A stretch of 64,000 nucleotides of DNA from Blasia pusilla (taxonomy: Eukaryota): assembly GCA_050084515.1 (NCBI GenBank), contig CM114271.1, positions 41,540,001-41,604,000 of the forward strand, written 5' to 3'. The translations under genes and the position numbers were made by a program. The notes under the pieces were generated by a model. That model saw only the letters and a program-made list of their open reading frames with translations, did no database searches and was not told the origin of the DNA. This document shows positions 52,200 to 64,000 of the stretch, piece after piece (the stretch's first letter is position 1; each line of letters starts with the position of its first letter).

Positions 52200-52600
52200 A
52201 AGCGTCACTCACGTTTGACGCAATGGATGTTGTTTATATTGCTTGTAACTTGACATTGCCAGGTGGTAGGAAATGCAACAAGCGCTGGAACTAGATATTC
52301 TGTTCCAAGTGCGGGATGCATTATCCTGAGTATGCTTTCTCCTACCAGATGCGGGTGTATGTTGAAGACGAAAGCTGTAGAATTCAATGCACAATGTTCC
52401 AATATGCTAGGGAATTCTTGAAAATGGAAGCATTCGTCTTCCACGGGTTGACGTTGGAGGAGCAATGCATGATTTTGGCACCATTGCAAGGCACTCATAG
52501 GCCCATTTCCATATAAAAGAAAAGTGACGGTTGAAGGTGACTACGCAATTTCTTCATACATTATCGAAGGCATAATGGAGGGCCGATGTGCTAGCCCTCT
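52200..52600 (+). pseudogene. RPA1 (RPA70) C-terminal zinc/OB-fold remnant, probably Helitron-borne
   Basis: VYIACNLTLPGGRKCNKRWN*IFCSKCGMHYPEYAFSYQMRVYVEDESCRIQCTMFQYAREFLKMEA matches the YxAC..CNKK..CxKC..Y.Y...V.D..TxF pattern. Confidence 0.75.
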
Positions 52601-53399
52601 AGCAGCATTTCCTATCGGAGAGGATGGGCAATTTTCTTTTAGTGGGGCTCTCGCCTTGTCACATATAAGCAGGACCATAGGAAGTACAACAATCACGATA
52701 AGAAAATGGGTACATCATTTGGGGTTGAAGGCTATACCAACATTATTATTGGACGAGGATGATGGAGGTGCAAATATGTTCCGTTTTCGTATTTGTAAAG
52801 TGACCGTGATGCAGTACTTATGCATCATCTCATTGGTGATGGTGAACTTGATAATGCTGAAATTCCTACTCCGATGATAGAAAGAGTAGGGTATAGGAAG
52901 CAAGGCAGAAGCAATTAGGTTCTGAAAGTTACTAGATGCTTATGGATGGGCAGACGGATATTGCTAAGGTTTTGGTAAGTGATATGTGCAATGGGAAGGA
53001 ATGATTGGCGGATTATCCCTAAATCCTCTACAATCACACCCACTGTTGGACAATGTTGAAGAAATTCAAACTATGCCTTGCGTATTGATTGTATATTTTG
53101 GATATGGTGGTTGGATTAGGTAGGATTGAAGTGCACTCTTAAGTGAATGCTTGCTGTAGCAAGAAAATATGCAAAAATATGGTGAATTGATCTAGTACAT
53201 GGATTGCTATGGAGTTTTGGATTTCATGACTGAAGCAATGTAGGATCTTAGTTTTTCTGTGTATGGGGAATGCCTCATGTACGAAGGCCAAGGAGGTTTG
53301 TAGACTGTGGGATCAGAGTCTGGCTAGGGCACATACCATAAGAAATTGTTATACCAGGCAGGTTTGTAGACTAGGTGGAAAAAATCCGGAAAGAGCACA

Positions 53400-54600
53400 T
53401 AGCCTAAAAAAATGGAAAAACCAAGCAAGTTTGTAGATTGTGGGGAAAAAAATTATGTGTAGGGCACAATGCATATGTTGTTAAACCCTCGAAGGCTAAA
53501 TATTCATCGTCACCTAAACCCTTGAACTGTAGACATGTTGTACCCCCGATCAGTAGAAATTCATCATCATTGTGGAAAGTGGGAAATGGAAAAGTCTTGA
53601 AGGACTCCTTTGCACTATCTACATGATCTGAAGATTCAATCTAGGTCTGCCCTAAAGGGAATGTGTCATGTACCCCATAAATCTAGAATTGTAGGTTTGG
53701 GGTTGTGGGAATTGGAATAGTCTAGAAGGAATCCTCTGGACTATCTCCATGATGTGAGGATTAATTCCCTAATGTGATTATGTATCCCATAACTTTGAAA
53801 TTTGTGTAGCCCCCGATCTATACCAATTCATCATCATTTACTTCTTTGATTTGGGATTGTTGTAAATTCTTGCCCAAGTACTGTGAATCTGTGAAGGGCA
53901 CTTGGCCAAAAAAAAAAGGAAAAAACAAGAAGGTTTGTAGAATGTGGAGAAAAAATGTGTGTAGGGAACAATGCATATGTTGTTAAACCCCCGAAGGCTA
54001 AATATTCATCGTCACCTAAACCCCTGAATTGTAGACATGTTGTACCCCCCGATGTGTAGAAATTCATCATCATTGTGGAAAGTGGGAAATGGAAAAGTCT
54101 TGAAGGACTCCTCTGTACTGTATACATGATATGAAAATCCAATCCAGGTCCGCCCTAAAGGGAATGTGTCATATATCTCATAACTCTAGAACTATAGGTT
54201 TGGGATTGTGGGAGATGGAACAGTCCAGATGGAATCCTCTAGACTATCTCCATGATGTGAGGATAAAATGCCTAATGTGATTCTGTACCCCATAATGTGA
54301 TTATGTACCCCAGAACTTTGAAAATTGTGTAGCCCCCGATCTCTACCAATTCATCATCATTTGCGGGAAGCAATTTGGGATTGTTGTAAATTCCTGCCCA
54401 AGTACTTTGAATCGATTGACAGGCTAATGAGAATGTTGGAGTGGATAAAGCTTTAGGGTTGTGGGAAATGGAACAGTCCTGAAGGATTACTCTGGACTGT
54501 CTCCATGATGTGAGGATTGAATCTAGATTTTCCCTAAGGGGAATGTGTCATATACCCCATAACTCAAGAAGTTTTCTAGCCCCCGATCTCTAGAAATTGA
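53400..54600. repeat. Tandem ~500-bp duplication with nested sub-repeats
   Basis: ACAATGCATATGTTGTTAAACCC.CGAAGGCTAAATATTCATCGTCACCTAAACCC at ~53466 and ~53968; third partial copy at ~54455-54595. Confidence 0.85.
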
Positions 54601-57264
54601 TAATGTTATTCCGGGATGCGATTTCAAATATCGGAGTGTTATAGAAGATGATTGAACTGCCCAACGTTACTACGAGCTACTGAAAAATGGTTGGGGAGTG
54701 GCAAATGGAACAACCCAACAGGATTTCTCTAGACTGCCTTGACATTCCCTACAATTTGGAAGGTTGTAAGCGGTAATTTACAACTCCACATATCCCTGTA
54801 AGATTCAATTTCCAGATCCTTTACCCTAAACCCTCATGTTCCTCTACCAATGTTCTTCTTGCATACAGAAACTGTGTGGCATGTAGGCTAGGGACATTCA
54901 CCAGAAATTGGTGCGCAATAAGATGGGGCTTTACATAAAAATTGGTTGCCTCCAACCTAATTCTCAAATGCTATAACCCAACCTGGTGTGGTGTTTATGG
55001 CGCCAACCTATAGAATGCCCCGGTTTCAAAAACAAAAAAACAGAAACAAGCGGAAGACGAGAATGATTGAAAGAGGGTTGCAAGGGGTATATACAATCTT
55101 GGATGCTTGCTCCCTTGAGGAACTTACCATGGTTCCCTTCTCCTCGCGTTTATAACTTAAATTCGATGATGAGGGTTATATGGAGGCTATCATAGGACAT
55201 GAAAGTAGCGCAGAAAAAACTCGGGTCAGATATTGGAGTGTCAAATTTCTTTTCTCTGTTTCTGGTCCCTTAGCGCCAACTGGATGACCACAACCCTTTC
55301 ACTATGAAAACACGATCTAAGGAAGAACCAGGTGCAGGGAAAAACTCACAGGGTCATGGCGTGCACACACGAACGACTCACTTACCAATTTTGCCTTGGC
55401 CGTCTCCAATGTTTCTCCGTGTCCAAAGTTACCCTAATATCCGCCCAACCTTCGAGGTGTATGTAAAATAGGAGTGAAATAAAATTTCACTTTCTGCAAA
55501 CACTGATGATGGTTCCTCTGGCGATTCCTTACGCATGAAGTGAAAGTTTGTAGGCGGGGAGGGGGGATGCGGTCGATGTGCTCCACCTTCTTTCTTTCGT
55601 TTCTTTCGTGGTCTTTGCTGCAACATTCCATGGCATCCCCTGTCAAACAACAAGCAGCATCAAACGCCTCGTGCCTCAATGAGATTCAAAATTCTATCAA
55701 TTCCATGAATTTGCGCACTTGAACGTTGCTCAATTTGATCACTACGAAAACCCGATGCAAGGAAGAATCCGGTGCAAGGAAAATATTAGAAATGCAGGGC
55801 GTGCACACAAGAAGACCAACTTACCAGCGTAGCCTTGGCCGTCTCCAATGTTTCTCCGTCTGCAAAGTTACCCTAATATCCGCCCAACCTCCGTGGCATA
55901 CAGGTTTATGGACGCAGGAGTGAAATAGAATTGAACGGTCTGCTGCCGATCAGGATGATTGCTCAAGCATGAGGAGAAATTTGTAGGCTCGATGTGAAGA
56001 ACCTTCTTTTTTCCGTTTGTTTCGTGGTCTCTATCGCATGGATGATTGTCATTCCTTCGTCAAACAAGAACCATCATCACCCTAAACGCATCAATCTGAT
56101 CAATTCGCGCACTTGCTCGTGCCAAGACCCTCAGCTGCGCGCGCTGTGATGTCGGCATTGCCAAGCGTGGGTGGCATCGCCATGGCTGTCGATGGCATGT
56201 ATGGGCATCGGTATGCGGATACCATACCCATAGACATTGATTCATTGATGATGGTGATTCATGGATGCTGCATGATGGTGATGATCATGGTGATGGGAAA
56301 GGATAAGGTAATGATGTTAATCCCGTCATAGCCTCACGCCCGGCAGATAACAGTAGCGGTTATATGCCCAAAATCCCGTTCATAAGACATTTCTTGAGTC
56401 CGGCCCCAATCGCGGGTTTTAGTGGATATCCCGGGTTTAGATGGAATTGATCGCGTACGTGCGAGGGCTGTGTTTCCTATTCCTTGGCCTCTTACTTCCT
56501 GTAAGGGCCTTTCCCATTCCATTCTTTTTCATTCTCTATGCGACATCCGGTCATCCACTTTTCTGTCCTTGTGGGGGATTATTCTTAAAACGCTCATCGA
56601 CCTTTATCCTGTCATGAACTGACGTAAAAATTTACGTTGCAACGCGTGGCAGTAGTCTTCGAGTTTTCCCAGTTGTCCTGGCCATTTCAATGCGAATTCC
56701 AAAGTCGGTCTTGTGAGTCATTAAAGCATGTCCGAGCAGCTTTCTAAACCAGCGAGAAGAGGGGCTGGTCGTGGAAAGAGTTCCGTAAACTCGCGGTTAA
56801 CCTGTCAAGCTAAGTCACCGGAAGACGGCAAGAATGGGCCTAGGACGATGACGAATGGGAGTGGAGGAAAGGTGAGCAGGACTGGTTGAACATCCGCCAC
56901 GTGGATTCCTGCACTTGTCAGCTTGGGAAACCCGGGGAAAGCCACCACCGATTTATTCTTTATCCGTCTCGTTTGTCGCAAACTTACCGTCTGCCACATC
57001 TCAACCATAGGGGTTTCACCTCATCATGGGGACCGCTGCAGTGCTGCCGCGTGGCGTCTCACAGTGACCTGCCTCGAGGACCAGAGCCAGGAGCCGGGCG
57101 GACACAGGGACGGAACAAGCGATCCATCGAAGAGGAAGGGGTCATTCTGGTGTCGGTGAAAGAGAGCAGAAAATTTGGAGGAGTCTGAGTTGAGGCCAGG
57201 GGCAGCCACACGGAGTGTCGAGTCCACGCGATTTCCGACAGTCTTTCGACGAACGGATCCGCAA

Positions 57265-62753
<5,489 letters not shown>

Positions 62754-64000
62754 GCTCAACAGTGAGCATACTAAAGAGGAATTTTGTTATGTCCAGTTTT
62801 GTCCTACATCTCCGTTGATCGGCATCGTCTCACACAAATAGATTGGTGGGCTCCACATAGGAAGCACGAAGTGGTTGCTGAGCCAAGGAACGTTTGTTAA
62901 GGAAATCTTGAGGTCGATTTCGTCATCCATTCAACAAAACAACTGGTTCAACCAGGGTGTGATTTATTCTTCTCTTTTTACTGGAAATTTAGAATGCTGC
63001 ATCTATGTATAAGTGATGACGTTTCACGTGGAGAGAAGTTCTCATTAAATAAAGAATTGTCTCTACTAAGCATAGTTCGTTGTATCGTTTCATGACGCAT
63101 GAGTCGTGCAATCTAATTGCGCAGTGATGAGTTTACTCGTCAACTCTACTACTCGAGAACAACTGATACTCATCTAGCAAATATTCAAATGAGAACTTCC
63201 AAATATTCGTCTTATTCCTGATAGAAGAAAACCAATCAGAATGCAGGGTCGGCTAGAAACAGATTTGGTGTTACTTTCCAACTGTTCCGACAGTTTTAAC
63301 AGCTCCAAACAAAACCCAATAGGTGTTTGGCCGGAGGATGTTTTGAGCGGAAGTCTCGGGATGAAGTGAACATCTGGCCACTCGAACTTTAGACAATGAG
63401 AATTATGGAGGATTTTTATTTCTAGTTTGCCTCGACGATGTCTTCAGCTGGTGCCCGAATTCGGAATCCTATTGGCCTAGACGAGAACGCTTCTACTGGT
63501 TCAAAAGAGAGGTGATCTCCCAAGGAAGAGGTACTCTCCAAAGATATTAATAGATCATCTTGACTATAAATTTCACTGAAAATGGGCCATTTTCTAAAGT
63601 ATCGGATAGACCAGTATCGAATAATTTCGATGGTCTCTTTAAGTTTCTCTGGAGACGGGACATTTTATATCAAATCTCACCGGACAACAACTTCCAGACT
63701 ATCCACGTAACAGGGAAAGAGCGTCACTTCTCCCAATGCTACGTGCCTCCTGCTCTTTTATCGTCACATGTGGAACAGAAAAGGTTGGCCGGTCAAAGGA
63801 ACAACAATGGTCAGAAACGCAACATCAGGATTTCATTTAACGGAACCGAAATGGACGGGCCATCGAACTTCCGGCTGGATATTTTCGCCATTACGCGCAT
63901 TCGTGAATCCGGCGGATTCATTTCTGTGCTGGACTAATGCTTCTATGTGAGGAACAGAACAAGAGGGGCAGAGTGTGTGTGGAGGTTGTGGCGGTGGGGG

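Noticed and set aside
63560-63937. 125-aa ORF
   Set aside because: Non-ATG start and no motif; more likely intergenic or promoter sequence.

Overview
Eukaryotic, intron-containing, repeat-rich plant genomic DNA; a non-seed land plant such as a liverwort is my inference and is not proven. There are two intact host genes: NBS1 (minus strand, ~26158-34103) and a plastid aspartate aminotransferase (plus strand, 57265-62753). The rest is nested, decayed mobile DNA. Two systems stand out. (1) A Ty3/gypsy-like retroelement family with domain order gag-protease-C5 cytosine DNA methyltransferase-RT-RNaseH-DDE integrase-PHD finger. It is bounded not by ordinary LTRs but by split direct repeats (A ... 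B-A-B) with TG..CA ends and no visible PBS. The window holds two large copies, a solo A-B unit with a 4-bp target duplication, and further remnants. (2) A decayed, intron-containing element encoding a coiled-coil + ParB-like + beta-class (N6A/N4C) amino-methyltransferase-like protein. It is studded with dozens of a 29-bp perfect palindrome (TGCAACCCGTCGGA-N-TCCGACGGGTTGCA) in regularly spaced arrays, and an inverted paralogous 3' fragment lies next to it. Also present: Helitron helicase and RPA1-like remnants, an Athila-like LTR with PBS, two MITEs and a (GA)101 microsatellite. All domain calls come from motif recognition by eye; no searches were run.
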